This document shows positions 38,754-48,484 of a DNA stretch of 64,000 nucleotides, in pieces. The notes beneath the pieces are model-generated. The model searched no databases, was not told where the DNA came from, and was given only the letters and a program-made list of their open reading frames with translations. The position numbers and the translations under genes were made by a program. Position 1 is the first letter of the stretch, and each line of letters begins with the position of its first letter. This DNA is from Lachnospiraceae bacterium UBA3633. GTDB lineage: Bacteria; Bacillota; Clostridia; Lachnospirales; Lachnospiraceae. The stretch covers positions 15,839 through 79,838 of the forward strand of contig DFKY01000003.1 of NCBI GenBank assembly GCA_002374095.1. Reading direction: 5' to 3'.

Positions 38754-39583
38754 TTAACAAGCTCCGATAATTTATTTAATACATCATCAAGTTCAACCAT
38801 ATCTATATCTTCTATCATACCTTCATCTACCATTTTCGAATACTCGACTCTCATAGGTAGTTTAGCCAGTACTACTGTGTCATTCTCATCTACTACTTTG
38901 TTTATCTTGCTCTTACCAAAGATTTCAATCTTCGTATCACAATTTGGGCACACTACATATGACATGTTTTCTATGACACCCATTATATTTATGTCCATCT
39001 TGTCAGCCATATTTATAGACTTACTTACTATCATTGATACAAGGTCTTGAGGTGATGTCACGATAATTACTTTATCAATAGGTATAGATTGATATACAGT
39101 GAGTGGCACATCACCAGTTCCTGGTGGCATGTCAATAAAAAGATAATCAAGGTCTCCCCAATTTACTTCATTATAAAACTGTTGTATAACTCCTGATACA
39201 AGAGTTCCTCTATATATTATAGGGTCTTTATCATCTTCAAGCAAAAGATTAGACGACATAACTTTAATACCAAGTCTTGTCACTTTAGGCAACATAAGAT
39301 TATTTTCATCAGCAATTATATTTTTTTCTATAATTCCAAAAGACTTTGGGATTGATGGTCCTAAGATATCTGCATCAAGAATACCTACTTTAAAATCTTT
39401 TTTTTGTAAACCAGATGCAAGAAGTGATGTGACAAAAGATTTGCCAACTCCACCTTTACCAGATGAAACTCCAATGATTTTTTTAATTTTGCAACCAGCG
39501 CCAAGCTTAAGTTTTGATATGTTCGCGTCTTTACTGCCGCAAGACATACCACAAGTATCACAATTATGTGTACACTCGTCCAT
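38750..39583 (-). CDS. Mrp/NBP35/ApbC-family Fe-S cluster carrier ATPase
   Basis: Deviant Walker A SGKGGVGKS, CPNC (the CPxC motif) and an N-terminal Cys-rich stretch CDTCGMSC. 4-nt overlap with the downstream gene. Confidence 0.85.
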   Translation of the reverse strand: MDECTHNCDTCGMSCGSKDANISKLKLGAGCKIKKIIGVSSGKGGVGKSFVTSLLASGLQKKDFKVGILDADILGPSIPKSFGIIEKNIIADENNLMLPKVTRLGIKVMSSNLLLEDDKDPIIYRGTLVSGVIQQFYNEVNWGDLDYLFIDMPPGTGDVPLTVYQSIPIDKVIIVTSPQDLVSMIVSKSINMADKMDINIMGVIENMSYVVCPNCDTKIEIFGKSKINKVVDENDTVVLAKLPMRVEYSKMVDEGMIEDIDMVELDDVLNKLSELVK

Positions 39584-39689
39584 ATCTACCCTCCATTACA
39601 TATCTTAATTATACTATATTAAAAAATATTTTACAACATTAAAAAAAAGTGCTAAAATATGAATTAGGCATTTATTAACGGAGGAACAT

Positions 39690-40589
39690 ATGCAACAGTC
39701 ACTTACACAATATAAAACGTTTTATGAAGTAGCAAAATCAGAAAATGTCTCAAAAGCATCAAGAGTTCTTCTCATATCACAGCCTGCCGTATCAAAATCC
39801 ATCAAAAAACTTGAAGAATCCTTAGGAGTAAAGCTCTTTGACAGGACTACAATTGGCTTAAATCTTACCGCCGAAGGAAAGCTTTTGTATGAGCATCTAA
39901 CCCAGGCTTTTAACAATATTACAGACGCCGAGTTAAAGCTCAAGACATTTAGCAATATCAACTTTGGTCATATAAGGATAGGTGCATCTCAAAGTCTTAT
40001 AAAGCATCTACTCATGTCATATATAAGTATATATGCTCGCGAGTACCCCAATATCAGGCTTTCTGTATCCACGATGCACACCAACAAATGCTTTGAAAAA
40101 TTGACAGAAAAGAAAATTGACCTTGCCTTTTTACATAAGAGTTCGAAAAATTACAAAGAAATCGAATATGTGTCACTACTTGATATACACTACTGCTTTG
40201 TAGCTTCAAAAGAATACATATCGTACTTTTCTAAGATTTTCAAAGATGATCCAGATTATTTTGCAAATGGTAATATACTTCTACTTGACAAAAAGAATAC
40301 CACCCGCGATTATATAGATAAAATCTTTGACACTCATAAAATCATACCACGACAAATCATGGAAGTTAATAATACCGAAACTATGATTGACTTTGCAAAA
40401 AATGGTGTAGGTATAGCTTGTGTCGTAGAAGAATTCATACAAGATGAACTTGATAAAAAACAACTTGTAAAGCTACCGATCAAATTCAAGATTCCAAAGT
40501 ATTCAGTAGGCTATGCTTACAACAAAACCAACATTAGTAAAGAATTATCTGATTTCTTAAATGTCATAAATACAGGTAAAAAAAAGTAA
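39690..40589 (+). CDS. LysR-family transcriptional regulator
   Basis: N-terminal wHTH (FYEVAKSENVSKASRVLLISQPAVSKSIKKLEESLGVKLFDR) and a C-terminal substrate-binding domain. A GGAGG SD lies upstream. Confidence 0.9.
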   Translation: MQQSLTQYKTFYEVAKSENVSKASRVLLISQPAVSKSIKKLEESLGVKLFDRTTIGLNLTAEGKLLYEHLTQAFNNITDAELKLKTFSNINFGHIRIGASQSLIKHLLMSYISIYAREYPNIRLSVSTMHTNKCFEKLTEKKIDLAFLHKSSKNYKEIEYVSLLDIHYCFVASKEYISYFSKIFKDDPDYFANGNILLLDKKNTTRDYIDKIFDTHKIIPRQIMEVNNTETMIDFAKNGVGIACVVEEFIQDELDKKQLVKLPIKFKIPKYSVGYAYNKTNISKELSDFLNVINTGKKK

Positions 40590-40621
40590 ATAAGCTATAA
40601 GAATTAACTTGGAGGTATACT

Positions 40622-41170
40622 ATGGATAAATATCATAAGGTTACATTTAATGGAAAAGAGTTCTCTCTTCCAAAAGCAGGTATCGGCGATAACAAATATG
40701 TGGCAGTTTTTGACCCATATGCAGATGCTGATATGAGCAGATCGGCAGCACATGACCTATATGAAAAGATTAAAGAAAAGAACTTAAATAATGTAGATGT
40801 TGTCATTTCTGCAGAAGTAAAAGGTGCCGCTATAGCTCAACGTATAGCAGACCTTTGCAATACCAATCTTCTTATATTTAGAAAAAAAATTAAAATCAAT
40901 TTTGAAGAACCTGTGATAGCACATGTAAAAACATTTACATCCGGCACAAACCAACTATTTATTGATAAAAAAAGTCTTATGAAATACTCTGGAAAGACAG
41001 CGCTCTTTGTAGATGATGTAATCTCTACAGGATCAACTATCAATGCTATAAAAGATGTCTTAAAAGAATATAATATAAGTGTACTTGCATACTGCTGTGT
41101 ATTCAAGGAAAGTAATGATGTACATGACGAACTCGTCTATGTAGATACTCTCCCTATCTTTACTGATTAA
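40622..41170 (+). CDS. Type I phosphoribosyltransferase (adenine PRT-like)
   Basis: PRPP-binding loop ALFVDDVISTGSTI. A GGAGG SD lies upstream. Confidence 0.7.
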   Translation: MDKYHKVTFNGKEFSLPKAGIGDNKYVAVFDPYADADMSRSAAHDLYEKIKEKNLNNVDVVISAEVKGAAIAQRIADLCNTNLLIFRKKIKINFEEPVIAHVKTFTSGTNQLFIDKKSLMKYSGKTALFVDDVISTGSTINAIKDVLKEYNISVLAYCCVFKESNDVHDELVYVDTLPIFTD

Positions 41171-41182
41171 TATCAATAATAT

Positions 41183-41215
41183 AAAAAAAGAACCAATCAT
41201 CTGGTTCTTTTTTTT
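41183..41215. terminator. Bidirectional rho-independent terminator
   Basis: AAAAAAA-GAACCA-ATCATC-TGGTTC-TTTTTTTT, located between convergent genes. Confidence 0.8.
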
Positions 41216-41220
41216 ATTTT

Positions 41221-43110
41221 CTAATCTATCTCTATCTTCCCAGTATATAGTTCATAATATCGACCTTTCTTTTCAAGAAGAGATTCATGATTGCCTCTTT
41301 CAATAATTCTTCCATCTTCCATAACCATGATGACATCTGCATCACGTATAGTTGATAATCTATGAGCAATAATAAAAACTGTCCTTCCTTTCATAAGACC
41401 ATTCATACCTTTCTCGACAAGCTTTTCTGTTCTTGTATCTATACTTGATGTTGCTTCATCAAGAATTAAGCATGGAGGATTTGCTACTGCGGCTCGTGCT
41501 ATTGATATAAGTTGTTTTTGTCCTTGAGAAAGTCCACCTGCATCACCATTTATCATAGTATCATAGCCATCTGGAAGCATGTCAATAAAGGCATCTGCAT
41601 AGACAAGTTTCGCTGCCTCTATACACTCTTCATCTGTCGCAGATAATTTGCCATAACGAATGTTTTCCATAATAGTTCCAGTAAAAAGATTTACATCCTG
41701 AAGCACTACTGCAAATGACTCTCTTAAATCTTTTTTCTTTATGTCTTTTACATCTATTCCATCATAAGTAATAGTGCCACTATCTACCTCATAAAATCTA
41801 TTGATAAGATTTGTTATTGTTGTCTTTCCTGCACCTGTTGCTCCTACAAGTGCTACTTTTTCGCCACGACCAGCATAGACATTTATATCTTTTAAGATCT
41901 CTTTGCCTTTCACATATGAAAAATTGATGTCGGTTAGTACTATATTACCTACAAGTGGAATAGTCTCTCTTTCGCCAGATTTAAGTTCATTTTCATCATT
42001 CACCCATTCCCACTCATTATCGCTCTTCTTAACCAAGGTATATGTCCCATTATCTATCTCCACATCAGTATCAAGTAAATCAAAGATTCTTTCTGCTCCT
42101 GACATACTTTGTGTAATAAATGGAACTTGTCCACTAAGCTCTGCTATAAGGCCTGTAAAAGTCTTTGTGAAGGTCATAAAAGATGATATAGTCCCTATAG
42201 TTAAAGTATTTACTCCAAATATTGAATAATTGGGAACTCCATATAAAAGCATGGTTCCTCCAGCAAATGCTATAAGTACATACATTATATTGCCAAGACT
42301 ATTCATACATGGCATAAGAATATTACTTAAAGTATCTGCTTTTGACACCGCCTCCCCCCACATAGCATTTTTCTTTGCAAACTCTTTTATATTTCTCTCT
42401 TCATAGCAATATACTTTTACTTCCTTTGCCCCAAGCACCATCTCTTCTACATAAGTATTTAGATCACTAATTGATTTTTGTGTTTGTCTATAGGCTTTAA
42501 ATGATCTTGCTCCTGCCCATTTTGTAAAAAGAAACATGACAATACACATAAATACCACAACTACAATGAGATTGATACTTAATGTCAGCATGCTTATGAA
42601 TATAAGTGCAAATGTAAGTATTCCTTTTATAGTTTCAGGAAGTGCCTGTGATATAACTTGCCTAAAAGTATCAAGGTCATTGGTATACTTTGACATTATA
42701 TCTCCAGCCTTATTGGTATCAAAATATTTTATAGGGAAATGTTGCATCTTACCATACATTTGCTCACGCATATCACGAAGTATGCCATTTGAAAGTTTTA
42801 CCATAAGGTACCGATACAAGAAAGAAAGTATAGCTGATACAAAAAGTATAATTGCAAAAATAAGTATAGCATGAGCAAGCGGAGTAAAATCTACTTGCTC
42901 TTTTTCATAAGAAAGCATAGGTGTTATATAATCATCAATTACTACTTTCAAAAATAAACTTATAGTTATATTAACTATAGTTGTAGCAACTATGCCAAAG
43001 CCAATCAAAAGAAGTCTTATCCTATGTTCTAGGATACGACCTATAAGACGTCTAAATGTGCCTTTCTTAACTTTTTTTACGGGTGCTCCCGTCATTCTTC
43101 TTGGTGACAT
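41221..43110 (-). CDS. ABC exporter, fused permease/ATPase (type I exporter half-transporter)
   Basis: A six-TM N-terminal domain, then Walker A GATGAGKTT, signature LSQGQKQ and Walker B LILDEATSS. Confidence 0.9.
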   Translation of the reverse strand: MSPRRMTGAPVKKVKKGTFRRLIGRILEHRIRLLLIGFGIVATTIVNITISLFLKVVIDDYITPMLSYEKEQVDFTPLAHAILIFAIILFVSAILSFLYRYLMVKLSNGILRDMREQMYGKMQHFPIKYFDTNKAGDIMSKYTNDLDTFRQVISQALPETIKGILTFALIFISMLTLSINLIVVVVFMCIVMFLFTKWAGARSFKAYRQTQKSISDLNTYVEEMVLGAKEVKVYCYEERNIKEFAKKNAMWGEAVSKADTLSNILMPCMNSLGNIMYVLIAFAGGTMLLYGVPNYSIFGVNTLTIGTISSFMTFTKTFTGLIAELSGQVPFITQSMSGAERIFDLLDTDVEIDNGTYTLVKKSDNEWEWVNDENELKSGERETIPLVGNIVLTDINFSYVKGKEILKDINVYAGRGEKVALVGATGAGKTTITNLINRFYEVDSGTITYDGIDVKDIKKKDLRESFAVVLQDVNLFTGTIMENIRYGKLSATDEECIEAAKLVYADAFIDMLPDGYDTMINGDAGGLSQGQKQLISIARAAVANPPCLILDEATSSIDTRTEKLVEKGMNGLMKGRTVFIIAHRLSTIRDADVIMVMEDGRIIERGNHESLLEKKGRYYELYTGKIEID

Positions 43111-43120
43111 ATGTTAAATT

Positions 43121-43212
43121 ATGCTCGCATAACTCGCGACTACGATTATGCGGTCGAAAACTATTCTTGCATGTGTAAAATCTATTCTTGTATGGGCGAG
43201 CTATGCGAGTCC
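43121..43212. repeat. Degenerate multi-unit cluster of the GC-rich REP-like family
   Basis: 43121-43144 is ATGCTCGCATAACTCGCGACTACG (inverted unit; its reverse complement starts with GTAG). A direct duplication AAAYCTATTCTTGYATG occurs at about 43158 and 43178. The terminal forward core is GGGCGAGCTATGCGAGTCC (43194-43212). The cluster fills the whole spacer between the two ABC exporter genes. Confidence 0.7.
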
Positions 43213-44949
43213 TTATGAATTTTGTATATCATATATATCTTTATAAAGCTTACAATTATTAAGTAAACTTTCATGTGTGTCAAATGCCACTATGCTTCCA
43301 TTATCCATAACTATAATTCTATCGCACTCTTTTATAGATATAATTCTTTGTGATATAATAATTTTTGTAGTGTTTTTTAACTTATTTTTAAGTCCATCTC
43401 TTATATGAGCATCTGTCTTGGTATCAACTGCCGAAGTTGAATCATCAAATATAATTATTTTTGGCTTTTTCAATATGGTCCTTGCTATTGAAAGCCTTTG
43501 TTTCTGCCCACCAGAAAAGTTTGTGCCGCCTTGCTCTACTTTAGTATCAAATCCATCTTCTTTTTCATTGATAAAATCCATAGCACAGGCAATCTCACAT
43601 GCCTCTTTCATCTCGTCAATCGTTGCATATTCATTGCCAAATCTAAGATTACTTGCTATCGTTCCAGAAAACAATACATTTTTTTGTAAGACTATCCCGA
43701 TAGCTCCTCTAAGTATCTCCAAATCATAATCTTTTACATCCTGTCCACCAACCATTATTTTGCCAGAACTCACATCATAAAGTCTTGGTATAAGATTGAC
43801 TAAACTTGATTTGCCAGATCCAGTCCCTCCTATAATACCAATCATCTCGCCAGAATTTATTTTCAAACTAATATCCTTTAATACTCGATTTTTTGCATTT
43901 TCACTATACTTAAATGATACATTGTCAAATTCTATGCTGCCATCTACAATATCTTTTATTGGGTTCTCTTTATTTTTAATTTTCGCATCCTCTATCAAGA
44001 CTTCCCCAACTCTTTCTATAGATGCTCTTGATATAACAAGCATTACATAGATCATACTTATAAACATAAGCGACATAAGCATCTGCATGCCATAAGTTAT
44101 AAGACTCATCAATTGTCCTGTAGTAAGCCCAAGTGCAGGATTATTTCCAGATGCTATTATTGCTTTTGCTCCAATCCATGATATAAGTATGAGTATGATA
44201 TACATAGATATATTCATAAAAGGATCCCACAATGCTACATGTGTCTCAGCTTTTACAGAATACCCATATATGTCATCAGAAGTTTTTTTCATCTTATCAA
44301 GCTCATAATCTTCTCTATTGAATGTCTTGACAACTCTCATATTATGAATATTTTCAGACATCACGTTGTTTAGCTTGTCAAATGCATCAAACATTTTCTC
44401 AAAATATGGCTCAGCAAATTTTGATATAAGTACAAATGATGCTACAACTACTGGCATCATACATGTAAATATTATCGCAAGCTTCGTATATATAGTATAT
44501 GTAAGGATTAATGAAAATATAGTCATTCCTATAGCTCTTATGGCACCACGTATCAACATCTGAAAGGACCTCTGAACATTTGTTATGTCAGTTGTACTTC
44601 TTGTCACCAGAGATCCGGTCGAAAACTTATCAATATTAGCAAATGCAAAAGTCTGTATCTTCTCAAAAAGTCTACTTCTTAAATCTTTCGCAAAAACTGT
44701 GCTTGCTTTTATTGCAAATACGGCACAGAGGCATCCAAATAATGCTTCCAATATAACAAGCACTATGATTATCAATCCATATTTTGTAATCTCTGACATA
44801 TTATTCTTCTCTATGCCAAAGTCTATAAGTCTCGCCATCATAAGTGGAACTATAATCTCAAAAGCTGACTCAAATACAACACATACCATAGACAGTATGG
44901 ATTCTTTTTTAACTTTTTTTATGCTACTTTTGAATACACCAAAAATCAT
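43213..44949 (-). CDS. ABC exporter, fused permease/ATPase (partner half-transporter)
   Basis: Walker A GGTGSGKSS, signature FSGGQKQR and Walker B IIFDDSTSA. ATGA overlap with priA upstream. Confidence 0.9.
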   Translation of the reverse strand: MIFGVFKSSIKKVKKESILSMVCVVFESAFEIIVPLMMARLIDFGIEKNNMSEITKYGLIIIVLVILEALFGCLCAVFAIKASTVFAKDLRSRLFEKIQTFAFANIDKFSTGSLVTRSTTDITNVQRSFQMLIRGAIRAIGMTIFSLILTYTIYTKLAIIFTCMMPVVVASFVLISKFAEPYFEKMFDAFDKLNNVMSENIHNMRVVKTFNREDYELDKMKKTSDDIYGYSVKAETHVALWDPFMNISMYIILILISWIGAKAIIASGNNPALGLTTGQLMSLITYGMQMLMSLMFISMIYVMLVISRASIERVGEVLIEDAKIKNKENPIKDIVDGSIEFDNVSFKYSENAKNRVLKDISLKINSGEMIGIIGGTGSGKSSLVNLIPRLYDVSSGKIMVGGQDVKDYDLEILRGAIGIVLQKNVLFSGTIASNLRFGNEYATIDEMKEACEIACAMDFINEKEDGFDTKVEQGGTNFSGGQKQRLSIARTILKKPKIIIFDDSTSAVDTKTDAHIRDGLKNKLKNTTKIIISQRIISIKECDRIIVMDNGSIVAFDTHESLLNNCKLYKDIYDIQNS

Positions 44950-47003
44950 TCTATATCATATGTCGCCTTTATAATGGATGCCTTATCCACAAGATTAAGA
45001 TAAGTTATAATCAGTCTTCTAAACTGTTTGGCTTCTATCTTATTTTTACATTTTATTATAATTCTTCTGTAGTAAGTGTCTTTTATCTTTTCAGGATTTG
45101 CTTTGGTAGGGCCAAGAATTCTTGCCGATACCTTATTTTTAAGATCAATTACATTTTTTAAGTCATTCACAACTTTATCAAGTTTATTTTCAATTTCTGA
45201 AAAAATAAGTACATTCAAAAGAGTTGAAAATGGTGGATAAAAAAGTTTTTTTCTATTTTCTATCTCACATTCATAAAACTTTTCAAAGTCTTGCTCTGCC
45301 GCAAGTTTTATCGCCATACTATCCGTATCATAGACTTCTATAATCGACTCGCCTTTTTTCTTTCTTCCACTTCTACCTATACATTGAGTAATCATAGAAA
45401 AAGTCTCTTCTGCAGCTTTATAATCCTGCATATAGAGAGTTAGATCCCCTCTCATAACTGCAACAAGTGTGACATCTGGAAAATCATGTCCTTTCACTAT
45501 CATCTGAGTACCTATAAGTATATCAGCTTCTCTATCTCTAAACTTTTTTATAATTTTATCGTGACCATTCTTTTCTTTAGTTGTGTCACTATCCATCCTT
45601 AAGACTTTTGCTCTCGGAAAAAGTTTCATACACTCTTCCTCAAGTTTTTCAGTTCCCATACCATATTTTTCTATCTCAATAGACCCACAACTCGGACACT
45701 TAAGTGGCTCTCTAACCTCATAGCCACAATAATGGCACCTCATCATCCCATCATTATGTGACACAAGAGCCACATCACAATGTGGGCATTTATATGTCTC
45801 ACCACAGCTTTTACAAGTAAATATGGTATCATAACCTCTTCTATTCATATAAAGCATTATCTGGTCACCACTATCAAGTGTTTCATTTATCTTTTCAACA
45901 AGGATCTTCGAAAATATTGATTTATTTCCTTCTCTCACTTCTTTTTTCATGTCCACTATGGTGACACTCGGAAGATCACTACTTGCTCTTTTAGATAATT
46001 TATGAAGATGAATCCTTTCGCCATCTCTCGCAGCATGGTAGTGACTTATAGTTGGAGTAGCAGAAAGTGTTATAAGGGTTGCTTTTTCTTCACTACATCT
46101 ATATCTTGCTACTGTCAAAGTATCATAGCGAGGTGTAGTATCTGACTTATATGCCATATCATTTACTTCATCTATAACTATAAGTCCAACATTTGTAAAT
46201 GGGGCAAAAAGTGCAGATCTTGGTCCTACAAGTATATCCACTTCATCATTTTCACATTTTTTGTATTGTATATACTTTTCCCCTTTTGACATCCTGCTAT
46301 GAATTATCGCAATCTTATTTTCAAATCTTTTTTTAAGTCTTATGACTGTCTGATGAGTAAGTGCAATCTCTGGGATCATCACAATTACTTTTTTTCTTTC
46401 TTTTATAACTTCTTCTATAAGTTTTATATATATTTCCGTTTTGCCAGATCCTGTAATTCCATAAATAAGATGCTCATCAAAATCACCCTTTAAGTGACTT
46501 TTAAGAATATTATTATATACCCTATCTTGTTCTTCATTTAATACAATATCTGTATATTCATTTTCAGCACTTACATCATAATTTTCTATAACATCTTTCT
46601 GCCTTTTATTCTTTTTCACTTCTTTTTTAACTGGAAGAACTGCATTGACACAAAGTGATATAGGTGCAGCATATTCTTTGCAAATAAAAATAGCCATCTT
46701 AAGAAGTATATCACTTGCGGCTATTTTACCTTCTGCCAGACCTTTTATTTCTTTTAACTTTTCTATAGCACCATCAGTTTTAAAATAGGCATCATCTTTA
46801 TAAAACTTTTTTTCTTTAAGTTCATCAAGTGTAAGAAGCTCAAATACAAATCCTTCTTTCTCGTTATTACCTCTACCAAAAGGAAATCTCACTTTATCGC
46901 CACGCTTAATCTTTCCTTTTAGTTTATCAGGAACTTTAAATATAAAAGTTTTATTGAGTGTTGTAGCATCAACTATTATATTTGCAAAAATTTGATCAAT
47001 CAT
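44946..47003 (-). CDS. priA: Primosomal replication restart helicase PriA
   Basis: Walker A GITGSGKTE, VIDEVND, and the Zn-binding Cys cluster CKSCGETYKCPHCDVALVSH...CHYCGY...CPSCGS. Confidence 0.9.
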   Translation of the reverse strand: MIDQIFANIIVDATTLNKTFIFKVPDKLKGKIKRGDKVRFPFGRGNNEKEGFVFELLTLDELKEKKFYKDDAYFKTDGAIEKLKEIKGLAEGKIAASDILLKMAIFICKEYAAPISLCVNAVLPVKKEVKKNKRQKDVIENYDVSAENEYTDIVLNEEQDRVYNNILKSHLKGDFDEHLIYGITGSGKTEIYIKLIEEVIKERKKVIVMIPEIALTHQTVIRLKKRFENKIAIIHSRMSKGEKYIQYKKCENDEVDILVGPRSALFAPFTNVGLIVIDEVNDMAYKSDTTPRYDTLTVARYRCSEEKATLITLSATPTISHYHAARDGERIHLHKLSKRASSDLPSVTIVDMKKEVREGNKSIFSKILVEKINETLDSGDQIMLYMNRRGYDTIFTCKSCGETYKCPHCDVALVSHNDGMMRCHYCGYEVREPLKCPSCGSIEIEKYGMGTEKLEEECMKLFPRAKVLRMDSDTTKEKNGHDKIIKKFRDREADILIGTQMIVKGHDFPDVTLVAVMRGDLTLYMQDYKAAEETFSMITQCIGRSGRKKKGESIIEVYDTDSMAIKLAAEQDFEKFYECEIENRKKLFYPPFSTLLNVLIFSEIENKLDKVVNDLKNVIDLKNKVSARILGPTKANPEKIKDTYYRRIIIKCKNKIEAKQFRRLIITYLNLVDKASIIKATYDIE

Positions 47004-47037
47004 AATACTACGTTCATATAGCTCATAGCTATAGTAA

Positions 47038-47057
47038 GGGTGAGCTATGCGAGTCCC
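47038..47057 (+). repeat. Single unit of the GC-rich REP-like family
   Basis: GTAA-GGGTGAGC-TAT-GCGAGTCCC. The murE stop codon TAG (47045-47047, minus strand) lies inside the unit. Confidence 0.75.
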
Positions 47058-48475
47058 TCTTCTTTTAGTATCTCATATATTACTTCTTTATCTAAAAACT
47101 TGACAAGTTCCCCATTCATCTCCATATATGGCTCATGACCTTTACCCATGACGCATATAAGGTCGCCGTCTTTTCTATTCTTTATAGCATATCTTATAGC
47201 TTCTCTTCTATCTTCTATAATAATATATCCGTCATCAGTATTATCTTTCTCTTTGTATTTAGTAAGCGTAGATTCTATGTCCTTTATTATATCTATAGTC
47301 TTTTCATATCGCGAATTATCAGCAGTCAATATTATAAAGTCAGACATTTGGCCGCACACTTCGCCCATCGCATATCGTCTATCTTTTGACCTATTGCCTC
47401 CACACCCAAAAATAGCCACAATTCTTTTATGATCTACATTTTTAAGTGTCTCAAATAGTTTTTTCGCTCCATTACCTTCATATGAAAAATCGACTATTAT
47501 TTTAATTTTATCATCACTATAGACTTCTTCAATCCTTCCTGGAACAGTAGTCCTCGATAAAGCTTCTCGTATAATTTTATCATCTATTGAAAGTGCTTTT
47601 CCAAATGTATAAGCAAGGCTTGCATTTGATTGATTGTGTGCACCTGGAATTGATAACTTAAAGCTCATATCTTCTTTTTTTTCAAAAAGTTTCACATGAT
47701 TCTTAAGTACTACATCTACCACTTTATCATACTCATCTGTCTCACTATTTATCACAGCATTTTTACTCATAGTAAATATTTTAAGCTTTGACTCAAGATA
47801 ATCTCTATAATCATCATGTTCATTTTCGCCTATGTGCTCTGGCATGATATTAGTCCACACAGCATAATCAAAGTTTATACCATAAACTCTATTATACTTT
47901 AGGCTTTGCGAGGAAACTTCCATGACGACATACTCAATTCCTGCATCTACCATCTTTTTAAAATATTCCATCAGCATGAAGCTACCAGGTGTAGTATTGT
48001 CAGTAATTATATGATTATCTTCATAAAATATTCCTATAGTCCCTATCATCCCAACCTTAAAACCATTTGCCTTAAGTATCTCTCGTATCATAAAAGCAGT
48101 TGTGGTCTTTCCCTTTGTACCAGTTATGCCAATTATTTTAAGTTTTGTATCAGGATTATCAAAAAAGCTTTTTGAAACTACTGCAAGTGCGATTCTCGTA
48201 TCAGGGACTTGCAGAACCAACACATCAGTATCGAAGCTATATGTCTTTAAGTACTCATTATTTTTTTCAACTATTATAGCTTTGGGGTTTGATTTCACTA
48301 CATCAGCTATCTGGCTATGCGAATCAAATCTTGCACCTTTCATACATATAAATATGTCACCTTTTGATACCTTTCTTGTATCAAAAGAAAGTTGATTAAT
48401 TTCTATATCTGATACTTTGCCATTAATCACTTCATACTGAAGATTATTTATAAGTTTTTTAAGACTTTGGTTCAT
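47045..48475 (-). CDS. murE: UDP-N-acetylmuramoyl-L-alanyl-D-glutamate--2,6-diaminopimelate (or L-lysine) ligase
   Basis: Mur ligase P-loop GITGTKGKTT, with MurE-type N- and C-terminal domains (VTADNSR-like TADNSRYE). Confidence 0.9.
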   Translation of the reverse strand: MNQSLKKLINNLQYEVINGKVSDIEINQLSFDTRKVSKGDIFICMKGARFDSHSQIADVVKSNPKAIIVEKNNEYLKTYSFDTDVLVLQVPDTRIALAVVSKSFFDNPDTKLKIIGITGTKGKTTTAFMIREILKANGFKVGMIGTIGIFYEDNHIITDNTTPGSFMLMEYFKKMVDAGIEYVVMEVSSQSLKYNRVYGINFDYAVWTNIMPEHIGENEHDDYRDYLESKLKIFTMSKNAVINSETDEYDKVVDVVLKNHVKLFEKKEDMSFKLSIPGAHNQSNASLAYTFGKALSIDDKIIREALSRTTVPGRIEEVYSDDKIKIIVDFSYEGNGAKKLFETLKNVDHKRIVAIFGCGGNRSKDRRYAMGEVCGQMSDFIILTADNSRYEKTIDIIKDIESTLTKYKEKDNTDDGYIIIEDRREAIRYAIKNRKDGDLICVMGKGHEPYMEMNGELVKFLDKEVIYEILKEEGLA

Positions 48476-48484
48476 ATATTTTTT

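Noticed and set aside
39605-39622. TTAAT-N8-ATTAA palindrome in the mrp/LysR divergent region, considered as a LysR T-N11-A operator.
   Set aside because: Short AT palindromes of this kind are expected by chance in a spacer that is almost entirely A+T. There is no second site or conservation evidence.
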